Shown: positions 17,231 to 31,196, numbered from the stretch's first letter. The stretch: DNA of 51,812 nucleotides from an uncultured Actinomycetota bacterium (GCA_964529285.1 CAZGWK010000004.1:25868-77679); one strand, 5' to 3'. The notes: generated from the sequence alone by a model not told the origin. Numbers and translations are program-made.

Positions 17231-18355
17231 ATGTCCAAACTGATCGGAATACTGACCGCTGGCGGCGACACGCCGGGCCTGAACGCGGCGATCCGGGGTA
17301 TCGGTAAGGCCGCGCTCGGCGAATATGGTTTCGAGGTCATCGGCTTCAAAGACGGCTTCCGCGGGATGGTCCATAACAGGTTCATGCGACTGGACAGGGG
17401 CGTTCTCTCCAATATCGTCTCCAGCGGCGGCACCATCCTCGGCACCAGCAGGGACAAGCCGCACAAGATGAACATCGGCGGGAAGATCCTGGATATGACA
17501 GACGTAATAGCAGAGAACTATTACAAGAACCAGCTGGAAGCGCTTATATGCCTGGGGGGAGGAGGGACCCAGAAAAACGCTTATCGCCTGGTGGAGAAGG
17601 GCCTGAACGTCATCACGCTGCCCAAGACCATCGATAACGATGTAGTAAAGACCGACGTTACCATCGGCTTCGATACCGCCATGAGCATCGCCACCGAGGC
17701 CATCGACAGGCTGCATACCACCGCCCACAGCCACCACCGGATAATCGTAGTGGAGACCATGGGGCACAAGGTGGGTTGGCTCGCGCTCGGCGCGGGCATA
17801 TCGGGCGGCGCGGACGTGATACTCATCCCCGAGATCCCTTACGACATCGGCATTGTCGCCGAATCCGTTCTGCGGAGATACAGGACGGGCAAGGGCTTCA
17901 GCATCGTGGTCGTCGCGGAGGGCGCCGTGTCCCGGGAGGAAGCTCTCATGGCCGAAGGACAGCCTCAAACACCGGACGACGACCGTAACGGCAATGAAAC
18001 GGGCAAGACGAAGGAAGAGCTCAGGTACATGCGGGACCGCATGAACGAAAACACCCTTCGCCTCGCGGAGAAGCTCGAGGGGATGACCCAGCTCGAATCA
18101 CGCGTGACCATCCTCGGACATCTCCAGCGTGGCGGAGCGCCCTCGTCCGCGGACAGGCTTCTGGCAAGCAGCCTGGGCACCACGGCCGCTGAACTGGCCG
18201 CGCGCCGGAAATTCGGGGTCATGGTGGCTTCGAGGGCCAGCGAGGCGGTCCCCGTTGCCCTGGAAGAGGTCGCCGGCAAGAGGAAGCTCGTGCCCGCCGA
18301 CCATCCCCTGATAGAATCGGCACGCCACCTGGGTACCTGCTTCGGGGACAAATAA
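17231..18355 (+). CDS. pfkA: 6-phosphofructokinase (PfkA superfamily, group III-like)
   Basis: Motifs [43 protein letters not shown] and LGHLQRGG. Confidence 0.93.
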   Translation: MSKLIGILTAGGDTPGLNAAIRGIGKAALGEYGFEVIGFKDGFRGMVHNRFMRLDRGVLSNIVSSGGTILGTSRDKPHKMNIGGKILDMTDVIAENYYKNQLEALICLGGGGTQKNAYRLVEKGLNVITLPKTIDNDVVKTDVTIGFDTAMSIATEAIDRLHTTAHSHHRIIVVETMGHKVGWLALGAGISGGADVILIPEIPYDIGIVAESVLRRYRTGKGFSIVVVAEGAVSREEALMAEGQPQTPDDDRNGNETGKTKEELRYMRDRMNENTLRLAEKLEGMTQLESRVTILGHLQRGGAPSSADRLLASSLGTTAAELAARRKFGVMVASRASEAVPVALEEVAGKRKLVPADHPLIESARHLGTCFGDK

Positions 18356-18522
18356 TCGATCGCATCGAGCCCCATCGAGGCAAGGAGGGGCTGCTGGATC
18401 TTCCTGCTCCGCTAAAGGCTGTATGGATGACGGGCCGGAGGGCATATCTAATCGACTCATTGCCTTCTTCATGTTTCCTTGCTCGGCTATCACCTCCATG
18501 AGTCCCGTTGGCGGCACACTAT

Positions 18523-18551
18523 AAAAAGCTCCGGCATGCCGACCGGAGCTT
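18523..18551 (-). terminator. Intrinsic terminator after tRNA-Ile
   Basis: 9-bp stem AAGCTCCGG/CCGGAGCTT followed by a T-run on the minus strand. Confidence 0.8.
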
Positions 18552-18560
18552 GGTGAGGGC

Positions 18561-18637
<77 letters not shown>

Positions 18638-18649
18638 TCGCAAACAATG

Positions 18650-18678
18650 ATTATATTCCCATAGCTTCATCCAGACAA
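18650..18678 (-). promoter_or_regulatory. Sigma70-type promoter of tRNA-Ile
   Basis: TTGTCT-N17-TATAAT on the minus strand, just upstream of the tRNA. Confidence 0.7.
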
Positions 18679-18777
18679 GAAACACACCCGGACCGCCGTC
18701 GCCAGTCGGTTATGCACACTTTCAACAACATATTGTGCATAAAGCTGGTTACAGGGACGACATGTTGTGTTTATGCC

Positions 18778-19353
18778 TTATACCTGCGGCGTAAACCCCT
18801 CGGGCAACCGGAAGTTGGCGTCCGAAACCTGCCCCACTCGCCGGTACTCCCACCTGATCTCCTTCAGGCGCTTGCCCTGTGCTTCCGCGGTCCAGGCGCT
18901 GGGCAGGCATTGCGGCCCCCCCAGGTAAGCCTTTATCGACCTCCCGTCCGCGGTATCCATGCGGAACTCCGTCCCGTTCCAGAACTGCTCGAGGCCGAAA
19001 TATGGCCTCATCACCAGTTCCGGCATGAACCCGGCTTTTAAGACAGCCTCGTCGTAGCTGATGGCCTCGTATGTCTTCGTCGCAAGGCTCAAGAGCCATC
19101 CTTCTTGCGTTTCGCCGTTGTAGATGATCATGCGGGGGGCGTTCTCCTCGACGATACGGAAGGAGCCGCCCGCATAGATGCCGACTCCCCGCGTGTCTCC
19201 GTCCTCGCTTCCCCTTACCTGGTAGCACCCCTCGAAGGTCACCTGCATCGACTTCTGGCGCGGGGACTCCCCTCCCCCCCCTCCACCACAGCCGGACAGC
19301 GCCGCCGCGGCCGCGAAAAGCAGGAACAACGTGAGGGGCAGCGCTTTTCTCAT
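18778..19353 (-). CDS. Lipoprotein of unknown function (possibly LolA-like fold)
   Basis: Signal peptide with lipobox LSGC, a poly-Gly linker and a beta-rich body ending in VSDANFRLPEG. Confidence 0.8.
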   Translation of the reverse strand: MRKALPLTLFLLFAAAAALSGCGGGGGGESPRQKSMQVTFEGCYQVRGSEDGDTRGVGIYAGGSFRIVEENAPRMIIYNGETQEGWLLSLATKTYEAISYDEAVLKAGFMPELVMRPYFGLEQFWNGTEFRMDTADGRSIKAYLGGPQCLPSAWTAEAQGKRLKEIRWEYRRVGQVSDANFRLPEGFTPQV

Positions 19354-19357
19354 GCGA

Positions 19358-20803
19358 TCACCCTTTCAACACCGCCAGCGGCCTCATGCGTGCCACCCTG
19401 CGCGAAAGGCCGGCGCCTTCGCACACCTCCACTATCTCCCTTACGTCTTTGTAGGCTTCGGGGGCTTCCTCCGCGAGGCCCGCGAGGTGGCCGGCGCGAA
19501 CCATTATCCCGCTGTTTTCCAGCCTGTCCCTCAACTCATCGCCGCGCACCTGCTTCTTGGCCGCCTTGCGGCTCATGGTGCGGCCCGCACCGTGGCAGGT
19601 CGAACCGAAACTCTTGTGCAGAGCCTCTGCCGTTCCCACCAGGATGAAAGAGTGGCTGCCCATGTCGCCCGGTATGATCACCGGTTGTCCGGTCTCCGCG
19701 AACCTCTCCGCCACCTCTGGCCGGCTGCCCGGAAAAGCGCGGGTCGCTCCCTTGCGGTGAACCATCAGGGAGACGCTCCTCCCGTCCACCTCGTGCTCCT
19801 CTATCTTGGCCAGGTTATGAGAGACATCGTAGAGCAATTCCATTCCCAGCTTTCTCGCTGCCGACTTGAACGTCCTCTCGAAACATTCGCGCACCCAGTG
19901 GGTGATCGCCTCGCGGTTGCACATGGCGTAGTTCGCCGCGCAGGCCATGGCGGCCAGGTAATCCCGACCTTCGCGAGACCGTATAGGGGCGCAGACCAGC
20001 TGACGGTCCGGAAGCCTGTATCCGTAACGGGAGAGGGCCGCCCCCATCACTTCGATATAGTCGCTACATATCTGGTGCCCCGTTCCACGCGATCCGGAGT
20101 GTATCATCACCACTACCTGGCCCTCGAAGAGCCCCAGTCTTTCCGCGAGCGGGCCAGCCTCTTCCACCGTTTGTATCTCCACGAAATGGTTCCCGGAGCC
20201 AAGCGTTCCCAGCTGTTCCCGGCCCCGGGAAAAGGCCCTGTCGCTGACCTTGCCGGGGTCGGCCCCCGGGTAACATCCGTTTTCCTCCATGGCCCCGAGG
20301 TCTTCCTCCCACCCTATGCCCTTCGCCAGCAACTCTCGGGCACCCCGGGAAACGATGTGTTCCATCTCTTTGCGCTCCAGGCGCAGCCTTCCTTTCGTGC
20401 CCAGCCCTTTCGGCACCCTGGCGTCCAGCAGGTCCGTGACCTCGCGCAGCCCATCCCCCGCCTCGGCACGGGAAAGGGAGGTCATCACCAGGCGCACGCC
20501 GCACGATATATCGTATCCCACCCCTCCAGGCGAGATAACGCCCTCCTCGATATCGGTCGCCGCCACCCCGCCTATGGGGAAACCGTAACCCCAGTGGATA
20601 TCGGGCATGGCCATGGAGGCCTTGACGATCCCCGGCAGGCAGGCCACGTTGACCACCTGCTGCAGTGCGTTGTCCCGATCCGCCCTTTCCAGGAGCTCGC
20701 GGTCCCCGAATACGATTCCGGGCACGAGCATCCCCTCCTGCGCATCCGCGCTTATCTCCCAGGTAAAATTATCCAGCTTCTTGGTGTTGGCGAGAAGGCT
20801 CAT
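19358..20803 (-). CDS. rtcB: RtcB RNA ligase (long, archaeal/eukaryal-like type)
   Basis: Motifs MPDIHWGYGFPIGG, GYDISCGVR, GSGNHFVE, HSGSRG, SHN, HRKGATR, CHGAGR and EEAPEAYK. Confidence 0.96.
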   Translation of the reverse strand: MSLLANTKKLDNFTWEISADAQEGMLVPGIVFGDRELLERADRDNALQQVVNVACLPGIVKASMAMPDIHWGYGFPIGGVAATDIEEGVISPGGVGYDISCGVRLVMTSLSRAEAGDGLREVTDLLDARVPKGLGTKGRLRLERKEMEHIVSRGARELLAKGIGWEEDLGAMEENGCYPGADPGKVSDRAFSRGREQLGTLGSGNHFVEIQTVEEAGPLAERLGLFEGQVVVMIHSGSRGTGHQICSDYIEVMGAALSRYGYRLPDRQLVCAPIRSREGRDYLAAMACAANYAMCNREAITHWVRECFERTFKSAARKLGMELLYDVSHNLAKIEEHEVDGRSVSLMVHRKGATRAFPGSRPEVAERFAETGQPVIIPGDMGSHSFILVGTAEALHKSFGSTCHGAGRTMSRKAAKKQVRGDELRDRLENSGIMVRAGHLAGLAEEAPEAYKDVREIVEVCEGAGLSRRVARMRPLAVLKG

Positions 20804-20843
20804 GGGTACCGGCCCTCCGAGCGCGCCGCGCTCTCTTTATGCG

Positions 20844-21256
20844 TTATACATCGAAGATGACCTGTGCCGTCCAGCGGCCGTCCTCTTCCTCCAATTCTAG
20901 CATGTGATAGGTGGGTGCCTTGATCTCCATCCCGACCGCATGCCTGTCCGGGTCGAGCGGCTCCCCCTCGCCCCATCCCTCTATCTCCGTGCCGGTGAGC
21001 CTCGAAACCTCGAAAGCCCCGAAGGCCCAGCCTTCCGACTCGACCTGGTACAGGATCTCGGAAAGCCATGCCACCAGCAGGGACTGGTGATCCCCGCCGC
21101 GCGCCTCGACCTTGACGCGCCGTTCCGGGCGGACCGCCTGTAGATCCAGCATGATGGACATCATGCCCAGGGCACAGCTCTCGAAGGCTTCGGCTTCGCT
21201 GGAACCATAAGCCCGGATTCCGACATCAGCGGTGTGTTCTACGATCTCGAATTCCT

Positions 21257-21260
<4 letters not shown>
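20844..21260 (-). CDS. Archease (RtcB activator)
   Basis: The frame extends 5' of the ORF-track start and encodes [14 protein letters not shown]; the C-terminus reads EIKAPTYH...VIFDV. The only available start is CTG 21260, overlapping the gyrA TGA. Confidence 0.92.
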
Positions 21261-23746
<2,486 letters not shown>

Positions 23747-23777
23747 TTCTCCTCCTGGCTGTATGTGCAGGTCCGCC

Positions 23778-25751
<1,974 letters not shown>

Positions 25752-25838
25752 TTATATCATCCGGGGGTGTTAAGTTCGCGACTTTTTATGGCTGATTTTG
25801 TGTTTAGCTGCCCGCGTTGTCGCAGCCGGAATGAACCT

Positions 25839-26123
25839 TTACTTCAGGTTTATTTTTCTTATGATTACTTCGCTTATCTCTATTCCTGCGCTTTCTTTTA
25901 TGCCTTTTTTAATATCCTCTATGCGAAAGTGTATTTCCTGGGCCCAGGCGTGTGATTGCACTCCGATAAAGAGCTTTCCTGCTTCCAGCCTGTAGGGCTT
26001 CGTCTCCGCCGACACCTTTTCTCCCACAATGCGTTCCCAGCCTTCCCTTATGAGGAGCAGGTCCTCGAGCGCCCCCATCCCCGACTGGGAAAGAAGTCCG
26101 TGCATCGCCTCTCTTATGTCCAT
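25839..26123 (-). CDS. dciA: DUF721/DciA-family protein
   Basis: WERIVGEKVSAETKP...SHAWAQE, in the canonical position between recF and gyrB. Confidence 0.8.
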   Translation of the reverse strand: MDIREAMHGLLSQSGMGALEDLLLIREGWERIVGEKVSAETKPYRLEAGKLFIGVQSHAWAQEIHFRIEDIKKGIKESAGIEISEVIIRKINLK

Positions 26124-26146
26124 TCCCCCGCCTTCTCGCGTTGGTT

Positions 26147-27205
26147 CTATTCCCCCCCGTCCAGCCATATCTTGTGGGTCCCATCGAGTTCCGGGCTATC
26201 GTCCGTGGTCGTCAGCAGTACCTGTTCCCAGCCAGCGAGTTCGTTCAAAACGATGCATCGGTTTTTATCGTCCAGCTCCGAAAGACAGTCGTCCATCAGC
26301 ATAATCGTCTTTCTGCCCGTGACGACCTCGTTGAGTTTTGCCTGCGTTATCCTCCACATGATGGTAACCAGCTTCTGCTCCCCCTGCGAACATTCCCTCC
26401 TCACGTTCTTTCCCTCCAGAAAAAACAGTAGCTCGTCCCTGTGTGGTCCTACCAGGGTCGTTCCTCTTCTTATCTCCGCTTCCTCCATCCTCTTTATCTT
26501 CTGCATGGTTTTCTCTTCTTCTGTTATATCCTCTCCCATGGAGGTATAATACTTCATCTCCACTTTTTCTTTTCCCCACCTTGCTCCCAGCGCGGCCATC
26601 TCCTCGCTCATGTCAGCGAGGGTCTTTTTTCTCTCCTCCACTATCGACCTTCCCTTGCTATAAAGCAGTGGGTTCCAATTTCTTATAAACTCCCTGTCCT
26701 TAAACCCCCTCCTGACCGCCTTGAGGGCTTCGTTTCTCTGTTTCAATGCGCGCTGATATTCCCTCAATGTCTCCCGGTAACCTGCCTTTGTCTCTACTAT
26801 GACCTCGTCAAGATATCTTCTTCTGGCCTCCGGTCCTCCCTTCACCATCCATATGTCGTCCGGCTGAAAAGAAACGGCCGTTATATCCTTTGGTGGCTTT
26901 TTTCCCTTTACCCCCTCTTCCCTGCTGATGACGTTCCTGACCTTTATGTCCCTTCCCTTGCGGATAGCGGCCTCTATTACGGCTTCTTCTTCGCCGTTCC
27001 TGACCAACTCTCTTTCGTCGCTGGTGCGCATCGATCTTCCCTGCAGCAGAAAAAAAAGGGCTTCGAGAAGATTGCTCTTCCCTCGCCCGTTTCCCGCGAT
27101 AACCACGTTTATACCGGGTTCGAACTCTATCGCACTGCTTTCATAGTTGCGGTAGTCTTTTAATCGTATTCTTCTTATCACGGTCCTTTCTCTGTCCCCC
27201 CTCAC
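26147..27205 (-). CDS. recF: DNA replication/repair protein RecF
   Basis: Motifs YRNY, GNGRGKSNLLEA, GGPEARRRYLD, GPHRD, SQGEQK and DDCLSELD. The start may be GTG 27181. Confidence 0.94.
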   Translation of the reverse strand: MRGDRERTVIRRIRLKDYRNYESSAIEFEPGINVVIAGNGRGKSNLLEALFFLLQGRSMRTSDERELVRNGEEEAVIEAAIRKGRDIKVRNVISREEGVKGKKPPKDITAVSFQPDDIWMVKGGPEARRRYLDEVIVETKAGYRETLREYQRALKQRNEALKAVRRGFKDREFIRNWNPLLYSKGRSIVEERKKTLADMSEEMAALGARWGKEKVEMKYYTSMGEDITEEEKTMQKIKRMEEAEIRRGTTLVGPHRDELLFFLEGKNVRRECSQGEQKLVTIMWRITQAKLNEVVTGRKTIMLMDDCLSELDDKNRCIVLNELAGWEQVLLTTTDDSPELDGTHKIWLDGGE

Positions 27206-28290
27206 AGCCTGATGGGCATAATAATATACATGAAGTCCGTTCCTTCTCTCTCCTTTATTGTTCCTGGCTTCAGGGCCTCCGTTATGCTGATAACCAGCTT
27301 TTCGCCATCGATGGAGATGATACCCTCTTCAAGGAACCTGCTGTTGAAGGCGATTTCCATGTCCTCACCTTCATATACCGCCGCTATTTCCTCTCTCCCC
27401 TCTCCTACTTCCCTGGACTCGCTAACCATGTTCATACCGTTGTTGCCAATTTTAAGCTTTACCGTACTACTTATGAGAGAGGCTCTCTTGAGAGCGCCCA
27501 ACATCTCGTCTTTTTCCACTTCTACAACCTTCTCGAGGCTGTCGGGCATAAACTTCCCGTACTTCGGAAACTTTCCCTCTATAAGCCTTATAATATGGCT
27601 CGTTTCTCCCATCTCGAATCTTACCTGACCTTTGTTCTCGTCTCGGTACAAATTTATTTTTTCCGCCTTCCCCACGATCCTCACCAGATTTACCATCGCC
27701 GAGGCGGGTATTATATATTGCCCTTCCTCCTGCATTTTATAACCGCTTTTTATACTTCGTATTGCCAGGCGGTAGCTGTCCGTACTTACCATCCTTATTT
27801 CTTCTCCCTCTATCTCCAGCAATATCCCTAAAAGGGTCGGCCTTTTTTCGTCCTTCGATGCGGCTCGCGATACCTTCTGTATGGCAGGTGCGATAACCTT
27901 GGTCTCTACGTCCTCGAGTATGGGAATAGAAACGAGTGGAGCATTCGGAAAATCCTCCGCCGGCATGGTAAAGAGTTTGAATTCCGTTTTCTGCCCACTC
28001 AACACCATCTCGTTCCCCACCATCTCCACGTTCGTTTTCTCATCCTTTAAATCTCTGAGAAAATCCATGAGGATCTTCATATTTACTACGCAGGTACCCT
28101 CCTCTTCCACCTTTGCCGAGCAGCCCGTGACGGTATAGGATTCCAGGTCGGTCGCGTGCAATACCAGCCTGTCCCGCTCGCTTTCAATCTTGATACCCGA
28201 GAGAATAGGCATCATCCCCTTCGTGTTTGCCGAATATTGTACAATCTGTACTGCGTTTAAAAAGTCTTCCCTGAGAGCGCTGAATTTCAT
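27202..28290 (-). CDS. dnaN: DNA polymerase III beta clamp
   Basis: Motifs ATDLE, STDSYRLA, RLIEGKFP, IAFNSRFL and C-terminal IMPIRL. Confidence 0.97.
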   Translation of the reverse strand: MKFSALREDFLNAVQIVQYSANTKGMMPILSGIKIESERDRLVLHATDLESYTVTGCSAKVEEEGTCVVNMKILMDFLRDLKDEKTNVEMVGNEMVLSGQKTEFKLFTMPAEDFPNAPLVSIPILEDVETKVIAPAIQKVSRAASKDEKRPTLLGILLEIEGEEIRMVSTDSYRLAIRSIKSGYKMQEEGQYIIPASAMVNLVRIVGKAEKINLYRDENKGQVRFEMGETSHIIRLIEGKFPKYGKFMPDSLEKVVEVEKDEMLGALKRASLISSTVKLKIGNNGMNMVSESREVGEGREEIAAVYEGEDMEIAFNSRFLEEGIISIDGEKLVISITEALKPGTIKEREGTDFMYIIMPIRL

Positions 28291-28543
28291 AATCTCCTTA
28301 CCTCCTTCTACTTCTTATTCTTTATAAATATATCTTAGGAGTAGTAATAATAGGGGGTGTGTAAGATGTTGAAAAGTCCTGTTTTATGAGTGGGGCTGGG
28401 AAAAACGGTTGTAGAAAACGTTGTGAGACAGTCGATGAAAAGATGTTGAAAAAACAAGGTTGTTGACACCCCCGTACCCCCGCGATTTTTTCTGCACGCA
28501 TTCAGGACACATACCCACAGGTTTTAGACAGGATTTTCACCCC
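28291..28543. other. Replication origin oriC (dnaA-dnaN intergenic)
   Basis: On the minus strand: tandem DnaA-box-like 9-mers TTTTCAACA (28367-75) and TCTTACACA (28358-66), then CCCC, the DnaA-trio run CTA TTA TTA CTA CTC CTA (28336-53) and an AT-rich stretch. Further degenerate boxes (TTTTCTACA, TTTTCAACA) lie toward dnaA. Confidence 0.88.
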
Positions 28544-29887
28544 TTACCCCAACTTTATTCTATTGGTGAGTTTCTGCACGGCATTGTAGATCTCTCTTTT
28601 CTCCTCCATAAGAGTCTTTATTTTTTCGACAGAGTGAATAGTAGTGGAATGATGACGGCCCCCAAAAGCATTGCTTATGGCGGGAAGGGACTGGTCGGTC
28701 AGTTCCCTGCACAGATACATACAGACCTGGCGAGCGGTGACAAGTTGTCTGGAGCGGTTAGGGCTCGAGAGTTGTGTAACGGATATGTTGAAATAATCCG
28801 CGGTCACTTCCATTATGCGGTCTATCGTTATGTCCCGGTTCTCTTCCTCGGGCAGTATATCGCGGAGGACGTCCTTGGCCATTGCAAGGGTGATCTCTTC
28901 CTTTGTCAGGCTTGAATAGGCAACAACGCGGATGAGGGCTCCCTCTAATTCCCGTATGTTTGAGTCGAAGCGCGAGGCGATATAGTTTGTGACTTCGTCA
29001 GGCACGTCCTTCTTGTCGAGAGCACACTTCTTTCTCAAGATGGCTATTCTGGTCTCGAGCTCAGGTGGTTGTATGTCGGTTATAAGGCCCCACTCGAACC
29101 TGGACACCAGGCGTTCCTGCAACCCGTCTATCTCTTTTGGAGGACAATCGCTGCTTAGGACTATCTGGCGGTTGTTATTATGAAGGTCGTTGAAGGTATG
29201 AAAAAACTCCTCGACAGTCCTTTCCTTATTGGCCAGGAACTGTATGTCGTCGATGAGGAGCATGTCTATGGAGCGGTATTTTTTCTGGAAGGAAGGAACC
29301 TTGCCGGACTTTACGCAATTGATGAAGTCGTTGAGAAACTGTTCGGAGGACCGGTAAATAACCTTGAAGTTGGGATATAGTCTTTTAGTATAATGCCCGA
29401 TAGAATGGAGGAGGTGGGTTTTTCCCAGACCCACCCCTCCGTAGATATAAAGGGGATTATAGGAAGTAGGGTTCTCGGAGACGGACAGGGCGGCCGCGTG
29501 GGCGAAGCGGTTGCTTGCCCCGATTACGAAGGTATCGAAGGTAAAGCGCGTGATCAGGTCGCTGGAGGCATCGCTGCCCTCGTCTTCAGCGAGGATGTTT
29601 ACGTCAAGATAGACGGGGCCGCGGGACCCCTTTTTGCGACGGTCTTTAAGGACGACCTGCACCTGCTCTACGCCCGGAAACACCTCAGACGCAACCTCCT
29701 GTAGAAGGTTAAGATATCTCTTATCGACCCACTCCTTCGTGAAGCTGTTGTTGGTATAAACGATGAGCGTTGAGCCCTCCACCTTATCGGCGTGCAGGTT
29801 TTTAAACCACATGGAGGAAGAATCGGTAACGCGCTCCTGGATGATGTCCTTGCACTTTTCCCATAAAAGGCTCGTTTTTGGCGACAT
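28544..29887 (-). CDS. dnaA: Chromosomal replication initiator DnaA
   Basis: Motifs YNPLYIYGGVGLGKTHLL, LLIDDIQFL, EEFFHTFN and NIRELEGAL, with a domain IV ending GGRHHSTTIHS. Confidence 0.98.
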   Translation of the reverse strand: MSPKTSLLWEKCKDIIQERVTDSSSMWFKNLHADKVEGSTLIVYTNNSFTKEWVDKRYLNLLQEVASEVFPGVEQVQVVLKDRRKKGSRGPVYLDVNILAEDEGSDASSDLITRFTFDTFVIGASNRFAHAAALSVSENPTSYNPLYIYGGVGLGKTHLLHSIGHYTKRLYPNFKVIYRSSEQFLNDFINCVKSGKVPSFQKKYRSIDMLLIDDIQFLANKERTVEEFFHTFNDLHNNNRQIVLSSDCPPKEIDGLQERLVSRFEWGLITDIQPPELETRIAILRKKCALDKKDVPDEVTNYIASRFDSNIRELEGALIRVVAYSSLTKEEITLAMAKDVLRDILPEEENRDITIDRIMEVTADYFNISVTQLSSPNRSRQLVTARQVCMYLCRELTDQSLPAISNAFGGRHHSTTIHSVEKIKTLMEEKREIYNAVQKLTNRIKLG

Positions 29888-29935
29888 TGGTTCATCCCCC
29901 GGGGAGGCTCGCGGACACGCTACAGCGCTATTCTA

Positions 29936-30682
29936 TTACAGCGACAGAAGGCCCTGCAAGTAGGACCTTCCCAGCTCTGAAAGGAATCTTTTTCCAGTTG
30001 AATCAACGTAAATGAGTCCTATTTCCTGGAGTTTTACCAGGTCACGGTGGGCGGTGCTGACCCCGATGTTCAATTCGGAGGACACACGCGACGGGCCGAG
30101 AGACTCCCCTTCCGAAAGCAGGAAGAGCACGTTATTCTGGCGCTGAGTGAGACGAAAAGCGTCCGAACCCGCCCAGACGGGCGACGAGGGAGACGGGGCG
30201 AGAGAGACCTGGGCGTAAGTCCCCTCGCCGGGCCCGGAATCGATGCGCAACTCCCCGCCGAGAGAGCGCACCTCTTCGCGCGCCAGGAAAAGCCCTATTC
30301 CAACGCCGCGTATGTATGACCTGTGGAAGTCCGTGGCGGTTGAATAGCCCAGCTCGAACGCCAGGTCCATTCGCCGTATGCCCGGTCCGTTATCGGAAAC
30401 AAAAAAAGTTTTGTTGTGAGCGTCGATCACAACCGAGGCGGAACATGGAACGGCGTGAACGAGGTTGTCGATAACCTCCTGCAGGGTGACTAGTGGAACG
30501 GCGGAACCGCTGCCGCTGAGTTCCTGGGCGATAAGGGCGGCCAGGTCCCCGGCATAATCGGGAAAAGAATCACCCCCTACGTCGACGATCCGGAAGGAGC
30601 CATCCTCGCCGAGCACGGCAACGCGGGTGTGCGGCGGCACAAGCGCCTCGGCACCTGACTCCTTTGCGCCCGGGGAAGCCAA
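29936..30682 (-). CDS. GHKL (HATPase_c) ATPase fused to a C-terminal winged helix-turn-helix
   Basis: N box EVIDNLVHA, G1 DNGPGI, GYSTA, G2 RGVGIGL and GGELRIDSGPGEGT; C-terminal LTQRQNNVL...GVSTAHRDLVKLQEIGLI. No HisKA domain. Probable TTG start at 30682; the ORF extends to 30883. Confidence 0.85.
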   Translation of the reverse strand: MASPGAKESGAEALVPPHTRVAVLGEDGSFRIVDVGGDSFPDYAGDLAALIAQELSGSGSAVPLVTLQEVIDNLVHAVPCSASVVIDAHNKTFFVSDNGPGIRRMDLAFELGYSTATDFHRSYIRGVGIGLFLAREEVRSLGGELRIDSGPGEGTYAQVSLAPSPSSPVWAGSDAFRLTQRQNNVLFLLSEGESLGPSRVSSELNIGVSTAHRDLVKLQEIGLIYVDSTGKRFLSELGRSYLQGLLSL

Positions 30683-30874
30683 CTTTTCACCACCTTCTAT
30701 AGCGTGAGGAAAATACCAGGAAAGAGGAGAGGAAAGGCGCGGGAAAGCGGAAAGACCGCGGCGTTTTGCACAAACCGCGTCCCTTTGGCTGATCTGCTGA
30801 AAGGGTAAAAAACGGGATATACGATACCACATGCAGGGGATCGAAAAGGCCGCTGAAGTGGTTAAAAAGGAGGT

Positions 30875-30905
30875 TTTGCACACTTATTTCCACAACTGTT
30901 GATAA
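30875..30905. promoter_or_regulatory. DnaA-box cluster in the promoter region of the GHKL-wHTH/dnaA unit
   Basis: TTTTGCACA, ATTTCCACA and TGTTGATAA (TTATCAACA on the minus strand) are packed within about 30 bp. Confidence 0.75.
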
Positions 30906-31196
30906 CCCCCTCCCGGTTAACGCAGCGATAATACGTATCGAAGGGACATGCGGACAATTCGATATTATAACAATGGCGCGGCGGGCGGTTAAGGGGGATT
31001 TCCGGCAAGGGCGGAAAAGGAGGGCGGAAAAGGAGGGCGGGGGCCACCTTAGTCGTCCCTGAAGCAGAGAGAGCAACCGCCGAAGGCGCTGCACGATGGC
31101 CCGATCGGGCGCGAAGCGGGTGCGGGAGAGAACTGCGAAAAAACGCTTCAACTGCGAGCAAGTGCGCATCAAATGACCGATTAGCAGGAGGTTTAC

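Noticed and set aside
19331-20860. 509-aa plus-strand ORF
   Set aside because: Antisense shadow of rtcB.
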